This document shows, piece after piece, positions 12,351-24,239 of a stretch of 64,000 nucleotides of DNA. The stretch comes from Nemertoderma westbladi (Eukaryota; Animalia; Xenacoelomorpha). The position numbers were made by a program, and so were the translations under genes. The stretch covers positions 1 to 64,000 of the forward strand of contig JAUCBJ010009009.1 in assembly GCA_032718475.1 (NCBI GenBank). The letters are read 5' to 3'. Under the pieces are notes generated by a model that saw nothing but the letters and a program-made list of their open reading frames with translations, made no database searches and had not been told where the DNA came from. Each line of letters opens with the position of its first letter. Within the stretch, counting starts at the first letter, position 1.

Positions 12351-14291
12351 TGTCGGTACTTACTGTTTGAATTGTCGGTACTACTGTCTGTATTTAAGTC
12401 GGCACTTACTGTCTGAATTGTCGGTACTACTCCCTGTATTTAATGCCGGCACCTACTGTCTGTATTTAATGTTGACACTTACTGTCTGTATTTAATGTCG
12501 ACACTTACTGTCTGTATTTAAAGTCGGCACTTACTGTCTGAATTGTCGGCACTTACTGTCTGAATTGTCGGTACTGCTGCCTGTATTTAATGTCGGCACC
12601 TACTGTCTGTATTTAATGTCGACACTTACTGTCTGTATTTAATGTCGACACTTACTGATTGTATCTAATGACGGCACTTACTGTCTGAATTGTCGGTACT
12701 ACTGTTTGTATTTAATGTCGCCACTTACTTTCTGTATTTAAGGTCGGCACTTACTGTCTGAATTGTTGGTACTACTGTTTGTATTTAATGTCGGCACTTA
12801 CTGTCTGTATTTAAGATCGGCACTTACTGTCTGAATTGTCGGTAGTACTGTCTGTATTTAATGTCGGCACTTACTGTCTGAATTGTCGGTACTACTGTTT
12901 GTATTTAATGTCGGCACTTACTGTCTGTATTTAATGAAGGCACTTACTGTCTGAATTGTCTGTACTACTGTCTGTATTTAATGCCGGTACTTACTGTCTG
13001 AATTTAATGTCGATACTTACTGTCTGCTTTTATTAATGTCGGTACTTACTGTCTGTATTTAATGTCGGCACTGACTGTCTGTATTTAATGTTGGCACTTA
13101 CTGCCTGAATTGTCGGTACTACTGTTTGTATTTAATGTCGACACTTACTGTCTGTATTTAATGTCGGCACTTGCTGTCTGAATTGTCGGTACTACTGTCT
13201 GTATTTAATGTCCTGACTTACAGTCTGTATTTAAGGTCGGCACTTACTGTCTGTATTTATGTCGGCACTGACTGTCTGTATTTAATGTTGGCACTTACTG
13301 CCTGAATTGTCGGTACTACTGTTTGTATTTAATGTCGACACTTACTGTCTGTATTTAATGAAGGCACTTACTGTCTGAATTTAATGTCTACAATTACTGT
13401 CTGTATTTAAGGTCGGTACTTACTGTCTGTATTTAATGTCGGCACTTACTGTCTGTATTTAAGATCGGCACTTACTGTCTGAATTGTCGGTAGTACTGTC
13501 TGTATTTAATGTCGGTACTTACTGTCTGAATTGTCGGTACTACTGTTTGTATTTAATGTCGACACTTACTGTCTGTATTTAATGAAGGCACTTACTGTCT
13601 GAATTGTCTGTACTACTGCCTGTATTTAATGAAGGCACTTACTGTCTGCATTTAATGTCTACAATTACTGTCTGCATTTAATGTCTACAATTACTGTCTG
13701 TATTTAAGGTCGGTACTTACTGTCTGTATTTAAGGTCGACACTTACTGCCTGTATTTAAGGTCGGCACTTACTGTCTGAATTGTCGGTACTACTGTTTGT
13801 ATTTAATGTCGACACTTACTGTCTGTATTTAATGAAGGCACTTACTGTCTGAATTGTCTGTACTACTGCCTGTATTTAATGAAGGCACTTACTGTCTGCA
13901 TTTAATGTCTACAATTACTGTCTGCATTTAATGTCGACAATTACTGTCTGTATTTAATGTCGGCACTTACTGTCTGTATTTAAGGTCGGCACTTACTGTC
14001 TGCATGTCGATGTCGGTACTACTGTCTGTATTTAATGTCGGCACTTACTGTCTGTAGTTAATGTCGGCACTACTGTCTGTCTGTATTTAATGTCGGCACT
14101 TACTTTCTGTATTTAATGTCGGCACTCACTGTCTGTATTTAATGTCGGCACATACTGTCTGAATTGTCGGTACTACTGTCTGTATTTAATGTCCGCACAT
14201 GCTGTCTGAATTGTCGGTACTACTGTCTGTATTTAAGGTGGCACTTACTGTCTGAATTGTCGGTACTACTGTCTGAATTTAATGTCGGCAC
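12351..14291. repeat. Intronic minisatellite of 22-26-bp units (GTCGGCACTTACTGTCTGTATTTAAT and variants) in ARS2 intron 1
   Basis: Directly visible, moderately diverged units. Confidence 0.95.
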
Positions 14292-14383
14292 TTTCTTTAT
14301 TTAATGATAATAATGATAACTATTAATAATTAATGATAATTTAATGTAAATAATAATTTCTTATCTCTATAAAAAATAATTAT

Positions 14384-14519
14384 TTATTACATGGGGAAAA
14401 AAGTAGAACTTTTTTTTCATTATTCTCGAGGCATTTTATTTACCGAGCGACACCGAGGTTAATAACGGGTCGAGAGAAAATTGAAAAAAAAATGTCTACG
14501 TTTTTTTCCGATGTAATAC
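14384..14519. mobile_element. Short fold-back (MITE-like) element
   Basis: Imperfect terminal inverted repeats TATTACATGGGGAAAAAAGTAGA / TCTACGTTTTTTCCGATGTAATA around a GC-richer centre. Confidence 0.55.
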
Positions 14520-15733
14520 AGCGATATACCGGTAGTGGTACAAAATAAATTGAACTGCAGTATTTTACTATATTACTTCCATAGTTACTGTTACTGCTAT
14601 TGTAATTATTGTGCTCTCCAACTCTCGATGCTGCTTTACTCAATGTTAAATAATTTAGTGTTCTCGAATATTTATTACGTAACTAGAGAGCCGCTTAACA
14701 ACATAAACCAATATTGGATATTGAGTTCCGTTTTGGAGTTCGCCTTGCAGACACTAAAGTTGCATTAACTTTTGAGTGTGCGAATGGGTTTGGTTAAATT
14801 ACTCGCAAACCTTTTCTACCGCGATGCTCTTTCAATATATGTAATAAAATTTAAGTTTTACTTTACTATTTTACTTTACCCTTTTCCCTAGGGAAAAAAG
14901 GTGAAACAATAAAATTAAATATAATTAAAAAAATTAAATATAATTAATTTTTCCGTAATTTTGAATATTTTAAACGTTGAAATATAAAAAACAAGAAGGC
15001 AAAATTATATAACGACTACATAGCGGCTGGTCTTTAATAAATTTTCCGGAAACAAATATATTTAGCAGTTTGTTAGTTATGTCTTTATATTTAGTTCTCC
15101 GGTATAACTGAGTGGAACACTACTACTCTCTTTATTTTACTTTCTACTTAATGTTCATTAATCGTATCGCTTTTATAATAGATGGCCATTTGGATGATCT
15201 TCAACCGATTTAGTATCGGCAACCTTTAATACCAAAATAATATCTCATACATTCTAAAACAAATGGAAACTTTTTAAAGAAAAAGAACTACAATTTTGTG
15301 CTAAAATTTTCACAGGTGGCTTACATCCATGGTGCCACACTATCGGACCGAGATCTACATCCGAGACAGCCACGAGGTATTACTGATCCTTCGACACAAG
15401 AGATTTTACATATTATGAAAAGCCTCAAAATGAATACCGGTGCCTGTACTATTTTGACAGGTTTACCAAGCTCTCCACTCCATTCTCAGTTTAGTAGCTT
15501 TATAAATAAAAACAAGTTCGGGAACTCCCTTTCAGCTTTTAAAAGATATAATTCCTCTAGTTAGCAAAACTTAATTAATCCGTAGAGACCTACCCTACCG
15601 CTTCAACATCGCGGGGAAGACGTCTTAGGAAAGGAAGGGAATACAATTCAAATGAAACCAAATATAACAGAATAAGGAAATATACAGACATTCCCTTAAA
15701 TAAGGTTGAAATATAATAATAAATACTTCACAC

Positions 15734-16570
15734 CTCCTTGTGGGTCTCCACCAAGGGAACGGAGCCGAAATCCAAGACCTTTAGATCGTGTTCCGTGCCG
15801 CCCTCCATAAGGATAACAGCGGCGTCGAGGAATCTAGAAAGACGAACCTCGAACCGAAGTTCCACCCCCAGGTCCTGCAGATAACCCAACTTCATTAGCG
15901 TTCCGAATGCGTTGAACCTCCGCTGTATGGCGTCGGCTTTCTCCTCCTTCCGTTTGCTGTACTGCTCGGGGTGGTACTTCAGTCGGAACCAATCCTCGTC
16001 TTTGTGAGCTTTAAAGAACTCAGCTAGTTGGACCTTTCTGAACTCTTGTTTGTAGTCGTTGTATTTGTTAACAGCCTCGCTGTCTTCAATAGAATCATCT
16101 TGACTCGCGAGGAATTGTTTGAAAGACATCATAACTGGATGACAAGGGAATGCAGGATCCTCGTTGGGTCGTTCACGTCTGTCGCCTCCAGGATAGACGG
16201 GGAATCCTCCGGGAGTCGGAAGCATTCCGGGCTGGGCGCCCCACTCTGCTGGAGGGCCGGGACCCATCATCCCCGGGGCCCCGGGCCACGTGGGCATCGG
16301 GCCCCAGTTCCCTGGCGGCGCCCCCCCTGGGTAGGGTGCCAGCATCCCCTCCATGGGGCCCATCGGGATCTGGAGTCCCGGGTTCTCGTTGTATCGGAAC
16401 CGTTTGTGGTCGCGGTTCGGTTCGTGGGTCCATCGATTCTCTCGGTTCGGGTTGCTCTCCGGTTCCGGGCCGCCCGCCGACGTTCGCTTTCGTTTTTCGC
16501 TTCCGATGTCGTCGCGTTCCCTCTTGAATTTGTCTCTTCGTCGCTTATCGCTGTCGTCATCGCTATCCAT
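15734..16570 (-). CDS. SRRT: Serrate RNA effector / ARS2, exon 1; spliced protein about 957 aa
   Basis: N-terminus MDSDDDSDKRRRDKFKRER; MMSFKQFL..QDDSI..EAVNKYNDYK, FFKAHKDEDWFRLKYHP, LDAAVILMEGGTEHDL; donor GAG|gtgtga after 15734. Confidence 0.96.
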
Positions 16571-17054
16571 TACGAACAGACGAACGCCAAACGGTAATCC
16601 AGTACCGGCAATCTCTGAATCTACCGGTAATCAGGTAATTAACAGATTAAAGTCGGCCTAGACTGCTAGACCTAACTCCAAACTCAGAAACTCTGTAACC
16701 TCAACCTGCCTAACACCAACACTGTACAGCTGTAGGCCTAACACATAACAGCCTAATACGTAATACTGTAATACTGCTGTACTGTACTGTAATACCGGTT
16801 TGCCGGTACCGGCCACCGGCTGTCCGGCAGACCGGTCTGCCGTTAGGTGGTAGGGGTACCGTAGCTCTGAGTTCAGTTGATGGTTGAATGCTTGAATCTG
16901 TCAGTCGACAGTCGGTACAGTCTGACAGTGGCTGAGTGGCCTACAGCTGTACAGACAGTCAAGTCAGTACTGCAGTACTGCAGTATGCTGACAGTTCTCA
17001 TGCATCAGGCAGTGAGGTACCGGTCTGCCGGTAAACAGGGTAAATCTTTTCGAC

Positions 17055-17240
17055 CTACGCGTAGCTACGCGTAGTTTGTAACTTCCATTCCTGTCATTTA
17101 CCGGTAGGGCCAGACTTACTGCCTTTTTAACAACTACGCCTAGGTATTTTAAAACTACGCGTAGTTTTAGGAACTACGCGTAGGTATTTTGAAACTACGC
17201 GTAGGTGCTATGCGTAGCTACGCGTAGGTGCTACGCGTAG
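17055..17240. repeat. Cluster of about 9 palindromic CTACGCGTAG decamers
   Basis: Directly visible, with variants CTACGCCTAG and CTATGCGTAG. Confidence 0.85.
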
Positions 17241-17360
17241 CAGTCCTGATAACAATGATTTTTCATTTCAGGTCCGGTAGGTGCTTGTGCAGGCCTATAA
17301 TAATTAGGTTTTAACATAAAGTTGGCTTACCGGTCTGCCGGTATATCATTAAGATTAAGT

Positions 17361-17434
17361 AATAATAATAATAATAATAATAAATATATTTGTAAAGCGC
17401 CAAAATTACAATTGTGGCGTACTCTAAGGCGCTG
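17361..17434 (-). mobile_element. L2-type LINE/SINE 3' tail fragment
   Basis: Minus strand AGCGCCTT...GGCGCT stem followed by (ATT)n, the same architecture as the tail at 21405-21464. Confidence 0.55.
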
Positions 17435-17498
17435 AGATTTGCAAGAGCTCGTCAAGTCATACCGGTACTTTATTAAATACATTGTTACCGTACTTGCT

Positions 17499-17602
17499 GG
17501 AGACAGGGGGGGGGGGGGGGAACTGAACGCAAAACCCGCCTTTGCGAATTAATATCCCGCCTCTATGTTAAATTCTCAATTTAGGGAAATTGCAGGTTAC
17601 AG
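17499..17602 (+). repeat. Dispersed repeat, copy 1 (second copy at ~48173-48260)
   Basis: Shared GAGAC-Gn-AACTGAACGC..GCGAATTAATATCCCGCCTC.ATGTTAAATTCTCAATTTAGGGAAA..GCAGGTTACAG. Confidence 0.8.
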
Positions 17603-18331
17603 TTTGCTGTTCTGAGTCTGACTGTACCTGATTTTATGTTTTACTAATTGCTAATACTGTAATATCAGAATCAGAATGTAACAATGATAATATCAGCTCC
17701 GGTATTATTAGGCCTATGGTCAATGATGGTCTGATGGTGAAATGATAGGCCTATAGCTGTATAAGCAGATAAGAGAGACATTTGACTGTGTATAGAACGG
17801 TAAATGAAAAATAAAAGCGAACGAAATTTGTTTGTGTATTTTCTGATTTTTGTATATAAGCCTCTGTCTGTCTGTAACACGCCCAACACGATGCACGAAC
17901 ACGCCTCTGTCTGTAAGTAACCTGCTCCTTTACTCCCTTAAATGTAAATGGCTTTGTCAATCGGGCAAAGGCTAGGCCTAACTGCCTAAAGTACAGAAGT
18001 AGCCTTTTCCAGCGTATTTCTGTATTTGGTCCGTGGACCAAATACCAGTAATGTGAGTTAGTGTTAGTCTTAGTAGGTAAGCAGACCGGAAAGTCTAAAT
18101 GATGAAATTGACGCGGCACGGGCAGCCGATAGGCCAGGCCGGGAAAGCCTATTCCATAGACTGATAGAACAAGCTCAGACCATGCAACTGGTAACTTAGC
18201 TATGCCGCTATGACAGTATGATCAGATGATTGTTAATTTAAACTATAAATAGGGCATAATCATTATCCACCCGGCTCCCGCCTATCCTAGTATCAGCTTC
18301 TCTCGCCCAGCTCATCGCTCGCAATCCGACA

Positions 18332-19161
18332 ATGACGGCGGTTGAACTATACTGCGTGGGCGCCCGAGTGTGGGTTCGTGACCCCGAACTAGTTTGGACC
18401 CCAGCCAGCGTAACCTCCCCTTACGCCACCGAATCCCGCTCCCTGCAATTAACCTCAGACATTTCTGGGCAACCCGTAACCCTAACCATAAACCCAAAGG
18501 ATCCAGAACTACCGCCGTTACGTAACCCAGAGATTCTTCTTGGAGAGAACGACCTAACGGCTCTGAGTTATTTACACGAACCGGCTGTTCTACACAACTT
18601 ACATGTCAGATTCATAAACATGAACGCTATTTATACTTATTGCGGAATTGTATTAGTCGCTATAAACCCTTACCAAAGTCTTCCTCTCTACTCCGCAGAC
18701 ATAATCCAGGCGTATTCTGGTCGCAATATCGGCGAAATGGATCCGCATATATTCGCGGTAGCCGAGGAATCCTATCGGAAGATGGTCCGAGGCGAAGGGA
18801 ACCAATCGGTTATCGTTTCCGGCGAATCCGGGGCTGGTAAAACCGTCTCCGCTAAATACGTCATGAGGTATTTTGCCTCGGTCGGCGGGGGTTCGTCGCA
18901 AACCCAGATAGAATCGCGAGTTCTAGCATCCAACCCGATAATGGAATCCATCGGGAACGCTAAGACAATCCGTAATGATAATAGTTCCCGTTTCGGTAAA
19001 TATCTTGAGATTGGATTCAATAAGGGCAATACAATCATTGGGGCGAGTATGCGGACCTATTTGTTGGAGAAATCGCGCGTGGTTTACCAGGCCCAAGGAG
19101 AGCGAAACTACCATATATTCTACCAGTTGTGCTCCTCTCATGGGATACCAGAATATTCGGG
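18332..19161 (+). CDS. MYO5: Unconventional myosin V, exon 1 (SH3-like N-terminus and start of motor domain)
   Basis: [54 protein letters not shown]-loop GESGAGKT, switch [15 protein letters not shown]; donor GG|gtaggt after 19161, phase 2. Confidence 0.96.
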
Positions 19162-19869
19162 GTAGGTTGTTTATTTAATAATAGGCCTACTTATTTAGTT
19201 TTAATATTTAATGGTAATGAATATTTTATTTGTAATGTATTTCTATTTATTACATTAAAACTATTTCATATTTATTACATGGAGAATAAGTGGTGCTTTA
19301 TTTCCCGGTGACCCAGGCACTTCGTCATGCGAGTGTCTGTTTCAATAGTTATACCTCACGCAACACGGTGTGGCGGTGGCGGTACCATTGAGGGATATAA
19401 ATTTATTTGTCGTTCAAGTAATACGTTATTAGTATTGGCTTTCAAATTTTTTTTCGTAATTTTTTTCTATTTCATCTAGCGGTAGAGTAGCTTTTTATCA
19501 ACATTCTAAATTTGAATACCGTTCAGCAAGATCTGCCCTACTCCTCGAGATACAGTAAGTCTGTCTGTCCGTCATTTTGATGTTTTGTCTCATAATCAAA
19601 AGAAAGCGTACCGGTACTCTAGTTGGCTAAAAAATTCCTATGTGGGTTTTCTTTGTCGGTGACTTCATTTCTCATGACAGAATTTGGCTCGTCTTTTCTG
19701 TCTGTATGCTTATCAGTCTGTCCCTCGAATTACAACTAACTGACTGACAGCCAAACAGACAATTTGGAAGTCATCAAATGTTAAAACTGACACTCGAAAT
19801 GAAATCAGCGACCAGGAAAACCCCAATAATAAAAATCTGACAAAAATCTCGGTTTTGTGCTTTCATGTT

Positions 19870-20880
19870 GCTACTACTAGGATCGGCATGCTGCATTTTT
19901 AAGAATGCTGTGCCGGCTTGTCGATAAAATTGCGCCGCCACAACTCCCTATCACCCATGACATTTGCTAGCTCACCCGCATCTTCAAGGCCAGTGTCTTT
20001 TAAGATGCGTCTCAAGAAAGTCATGGGCTGTCCACCATGCTTATTCACTCCATGAGGCTGCCAAAGTACAAGATTATGCACTGGCTGGTCCTCACGGCGA
20101 AAGCAATGTCCTGCAAAGCGGAGGCGACTTTGTTCTAGTGTCAAGCTTGTGGGAACCAATGAGACACCTCCAATGTTATATAGTGTTTGGTTGGAGATGT
20201 GTGCATTGTACTTGACACAATAAACCCGGCGTAGAAATTATTGTCAATGTGTCATCCAAAGATTTGGTGTCCTCAGCAGTTAGAGCCCAGCATGGACTCC
20301 CATAGAGGAGTACTGGAACTACTGCTGCTCTAAATAATCGGACCTTAAGTTTCCGATTAATTATCTGTGACTTCCAAATCCTGGAAAGCCTATTCAACGC
20401 TGCCCATGCCTTTCCCTTACGTATTCGAAGGTCCTCACCTGACTTCCGGATCCATGATCCCAGGTAACAGAAGTCGTCCACATGCTCAAGCATACCATCC
20501 TTTGAGCTTATGCTTATCCGATCAGAGATTTGCTGAGGACTTTCAAAGTTAACTGTCAAAATTTTGGTCTTTTTGGAGTTAATAAAAAGACCAACACTAG
20601 AAGCAGCCTGTTCTAATGAGCTGAGGAGCCGTTGGGCTCCCTCTAGTGATTCTGAGAGTACTCCTAAGTCATCAGCAAAGTCTAGATCAGTTAGGTACTT
20701 GGCAGGATTTCCTCGACTTCTGGAGCCAGTAGGTGGAGTTATCATCACCCCATCATCATTATGATGATTTAAGGACATGCGTAGAACATAGTCAACCACA
20801 ATTATGAACAATAATGGCGCAAGTGTGTCTCATTCTAGGACTCCCCATAATACTTAAAATGGTTCTGTGTCACCATCAAT
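19870..20880 (-). mobile_element. 5'-truncated RTE-like non-LTR retrotransposon fragment (RT and C-terminus) in myosin intron 1
   Basis: DTLAPLLFIIVVDYVLR, LTDLDFADDL, FCYLGS, KVRLFRAAVVPVLLYGSPCW, RLRFAGHCFRR, DRELWR; internal stop and deletion/frameshift. Confidence 0.9.
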
Positions 20881-20962
20881 AGTAGACACAAATGTTGTCG
20901 AACCATCGTATACGGATCTGATTGCTGCAATAATTTCCTAATTTCATCATTTTTCGTGTTGT

Positions 20963-23281
20963 TTCGTTAGGTTCCATACATTCCATTAACGTTCCATTGG
21001 GTTCCCTAAATTCCATTAACTCTCTGTTATGTTCTATACATTCCATTAACGTTCTATTAGGTTCCATACATTCCATTAACGTTCCATTCGGTTCCATACA
21101 TTCCATTAACGTTCCGTTAGGTTCCATACATTCCATTAAACGTTCTATTAGGTTCCATACATTCCATTAACGTTCCATTAGCTTCCATACATTCCATTTG
21201 GACACTAACAATACCCCAACACAACCTAAAGAAATATGGTGCCCGATCGTTCGTATACGCGGCACCAGTTATTTTTAATAGCCTACCATTGGAACGAAGA
21301 ACTTGCACTGACCTTAAGAAGTTCAAATCTGATCTGAAAACCGAACTATTCACCCGTCATTACCAATAACTACTTAGGAATTTGTATAGCTGTGCATACT
21401 TTCAAAGCGCCTTTGAACCTTCTTGGTAAAGGCGCTATGTTTTATTATTATTATTATTATTATTAACGTTCCATTAGGTTCCATACATTCCATTAGGTTC
21501 CATACATTCCATTAACGTTCCATTAGGTACCATACATTCCAATAACGTTCCATAAGGTTCTATACATTCCATTAATGTTCTATTAGGTTACATACATTCC
21601 ATTAACGTTCCATTGGGTTCCATAAATTCCATTAATGTTCTATTAGGTTACATACATTCCATTAACGTTCCATTGGGTTCCATAAATTCCATTAACTCTC
21701 AGTTATGTTCCATACATTCCATTAACGTTCTATTAGGTTCCATACATTCCATTAACGTTCCGTTAGGTCCATACATTCCATTAACGTTTCATTATGGTCC
21801 ATATATTCCATTAACGTTCCATTAGGTTCCATACATTCCATTAACGTTCCATTAGGTTCCATACATTCAATTAACGTTCCATTAGGTTCCATACATTCAA
21901 TTAACGTTTCATTAGGTTCCATACATTCCATTAATGATCTATTAGGTTCCATACATTCCATTAACGTTCCATTGGGTTCCATAAATTCCATTAACTCTCA
22001 GTTATGTTCCATACATTTCATTAACGTTCTATTAGGTTCCGTACATTCCATTAACGTTCCATTAGGTCTCATACATTCCATTAACGTTCCATTAGGGTCC
22101 ATACATTCCATTAACGTTCCATTAGGTTCCATACATTCCATTAACGTTCAATTAGTTTCCATACATTCCATTAACGTTCCATTGGGTTCCATACATTCCA
22201 TTAACGTTCCATTAGGTTCCATACATTCCATTAACGTTCCATTAGTGTCCATACATTCCATTAACGTTCCATTAGGCTCCATACATTCAATTAACGGTCC
22301 ATTAGGTTCCATACATTCCATTAACATTCTATTAGGTTCCATACATTCTATGAACTCTCAGTTATGTTCCATACATTCCATTAACGTTCTATTAGGTTCC
22401 ATACATTCTATTAACGTTCTATTAGGTTCCATACATTCCATTAACGTTCCATTAGATTCCATACATTCCATTAGGTTCCATACATTCCATGAACTCTCAG
22501 TTATGTTCCATACATTCCATTAACGTTCTATTAGGTTCCATACATTCCATTAGGTTCCATACATTCCATTATCGTTCCATTAGGTTCCATACATTCCATT
22601 AACGTTTATTAGGGTCCATACATTAATTACATTCCATTAACCTTCTATTAGGTTCCATACATTCCATTAAAGTTCCATTAGGTTCCATACAGTCCATTAA
22701 CGTTCCATTAGGTTCCATACATTCCATTAACGTTCCATTAGGTTCCATTCATTCCATTAACGTTCCATTAGATTCCATACATTCTATTAACGTTCTATTA
22801 GGTTCCATACATTCCATTAACGTTCCATTAGGTTCCATACATTCCATTAACGTTCCATTAGATTCCATACATTCTATTAACGTTCTATTAGGTTCCATAC
22901 ATTCCATTTACTCTCAGTTATTTTCCATACATTCCATTAACGTTCTATTAGGTTCCATACATTCCATTAACCTTCCATTAGGTTCCATACATTCCATTAA
23001 CGTTCCATTAGGTTTCATACATTCCATTAACGTTCCATTAGGTTCCATACATTCCATTAACGTTCCATTAGATTCCATACATTATATTAACGTTCTATTA
23101 GGTTCCATACATTCCATTAACGTTACATTAGGTTCCATACATTCCATTAACGTTCCATTAGATTCCATACACTATATTAACGTTCTATTAGGTTCCATAC
23201 ATTCAATTTACTCTCAGTTATGTTCCATACATTCCATTAACGTTCCATTAGGTTTCATACATTCCATTAACGTACCATTAG
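20963..23281. repeat. 30-bp minisatellite GTTCCATACATTCCATTAACGTTCCATTAG, about 68 copies, ending at the myosin exon 2 acceptor
   Basis: Directly visible; interrupted at 21199-21464. Confidence 0.97.
21199..21464 (+). mobile_element. L2/CR1-group LINE 3' end inserted into the 30-bp satellite
   Basis: Encodes TLTIPQHNLKKYGARSFVYAAPVIFNSLPLERRTCTDLKKFKSDLKTELF (typical L2 ORF2 C-terminus), then AGCGCCTTT..AAAGGCGCT stem and (ATT)n; splits a unit at CCATT^AACG. Confidence 0.85.
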
Positions 23282-23612
23282 GTTGCAGTTGGGCCCTTCT
23301 GAGGCGTTCTACTACGTTAACCAAGGCGGCGACCCTGGGGTAGACGGTGTAGATGACCAAGAAGAGTTGGAGAACACCAGGGAGGCTATGACCATGATGG
23401 GAATAAACGACTCGGAACAACTCAAGGTGTTCCGCGTTCTATCTTCCATTCTACATCTCGGGAACATCGCCTTCGAGGATCTCGAGAACGACTCCTCTAG
23501 GGTCGTCGATGACGACTTGGCCACCCTCGATATCGTATGCGAACTCCTCGGTATCGATAACGAGCAGCTCCAAGTCTGGATGTGCAATAGGAAGATTCAC
23601 ACAGCTAATGAG
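23282..23612 (+). CDS. MYO5: Unconventional myosin V, exon 2
   Basis: GG|G joins in frame to give PEYSGLQLGPSEAFYYVNQGG..GVDDQEEL..VFRVLSSILHLGNI..WMCNRKIHTANE; acceptor ccattag|G, donor GAG|gttagc. Confidence 0.93.
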
Positions 23613-23866
23613 GTTAGCAGTTTCTTTGATTCAATAACCCCTTATAATATATTCCCTTCATTATTAATATTTAAACCGCATGAATTTATCTACGTTCAAA
23701 TAGAATCAAACGGGAAGGAATCATCAGCAAGTTAATTTAAATTGATGTTGCGGAATATTTTTTCAATATGTATTGAAATTTATTAAATTTAACTATAATT
23801 GATATGTAACAAAAATGTTTACAAAAAATACTGAAATATAATATATTTTAAAAGAGATTTTATTTA

Positions 23867-24085
23867 TTATTTAAAACAGAACCTATTGTTCTTGAGTCTG
23901 ACCGCATCTCGCAAATGTTTAGTTCCCTTTTTGGTTCGCATATCCGTCCTGTCGATATTCTCCTGAATAGATTCCACAACTTCTCCGTGACTCACGATAA
24001 TCTTGTTAACGTCGCGGACCATATCGGATAGTAACTTAATCGATGTCTCTATTTGGTGTAACTGGGAATGTTCTTTCTTTTTTTG
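23867..24085 (-). CDS. Syntaxin-like (Qa-type) SNARE-motif terminal exon lacking a TM helix
   Basis: aattacgcag|QKKKEHSQLHQIETSIKLLSDMVRDVNKIIVSHGEVVESIQENIDRTDMRTKKGTKHLRDAVRLKNNRFCFK*, then AATAAA. Absent from the ORF track. Confidence 0.8.
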   Translation of the reverse strand, partial: QKKKEHSQLHQIETSIKLLSDMVRDVNKIIVSHGEVVESIQENIDRTDMRTKKGTKHLRDAVRLKNNRFCFK

Positions 24086-24239
24086 CTGCGTAATTTATAG
24101 ATTTATTGTAATTATTTATTTATTAATAATAATCATAAAGAATATTCTAACAACAAATAAAAAGTATATAGGCATCTACACTGCCGGTGTTTGGCAATAC
24201 ACTGAAATTTTGAGGAATTAACGGACAATGGTTGGCACG

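Larger units (their letters stand above)
16571..18331. promoter_or_regulatory. Divergent (head-to-head) intergenic region between ARS2 and myosin V
   Basis: Start codons at 16570 (-) and 18332 (+) face away from each other, 1.76 kb apart; promoter function is inferred. Confidence 0.6.

Noticed and set aside
9747-16661. Overlapping antisense and alternate-frame ORFs across the ARS2 exons
   Set aside because: Expected shadows of GC-rich coding sequence.
23283-23288. ttgcag as the myosin exon 2 acceptor
   Set aside because: It is phase 0 and incompatible with the phase-2 donor at 19161; the AG at 23280-23281 keeps the frame.
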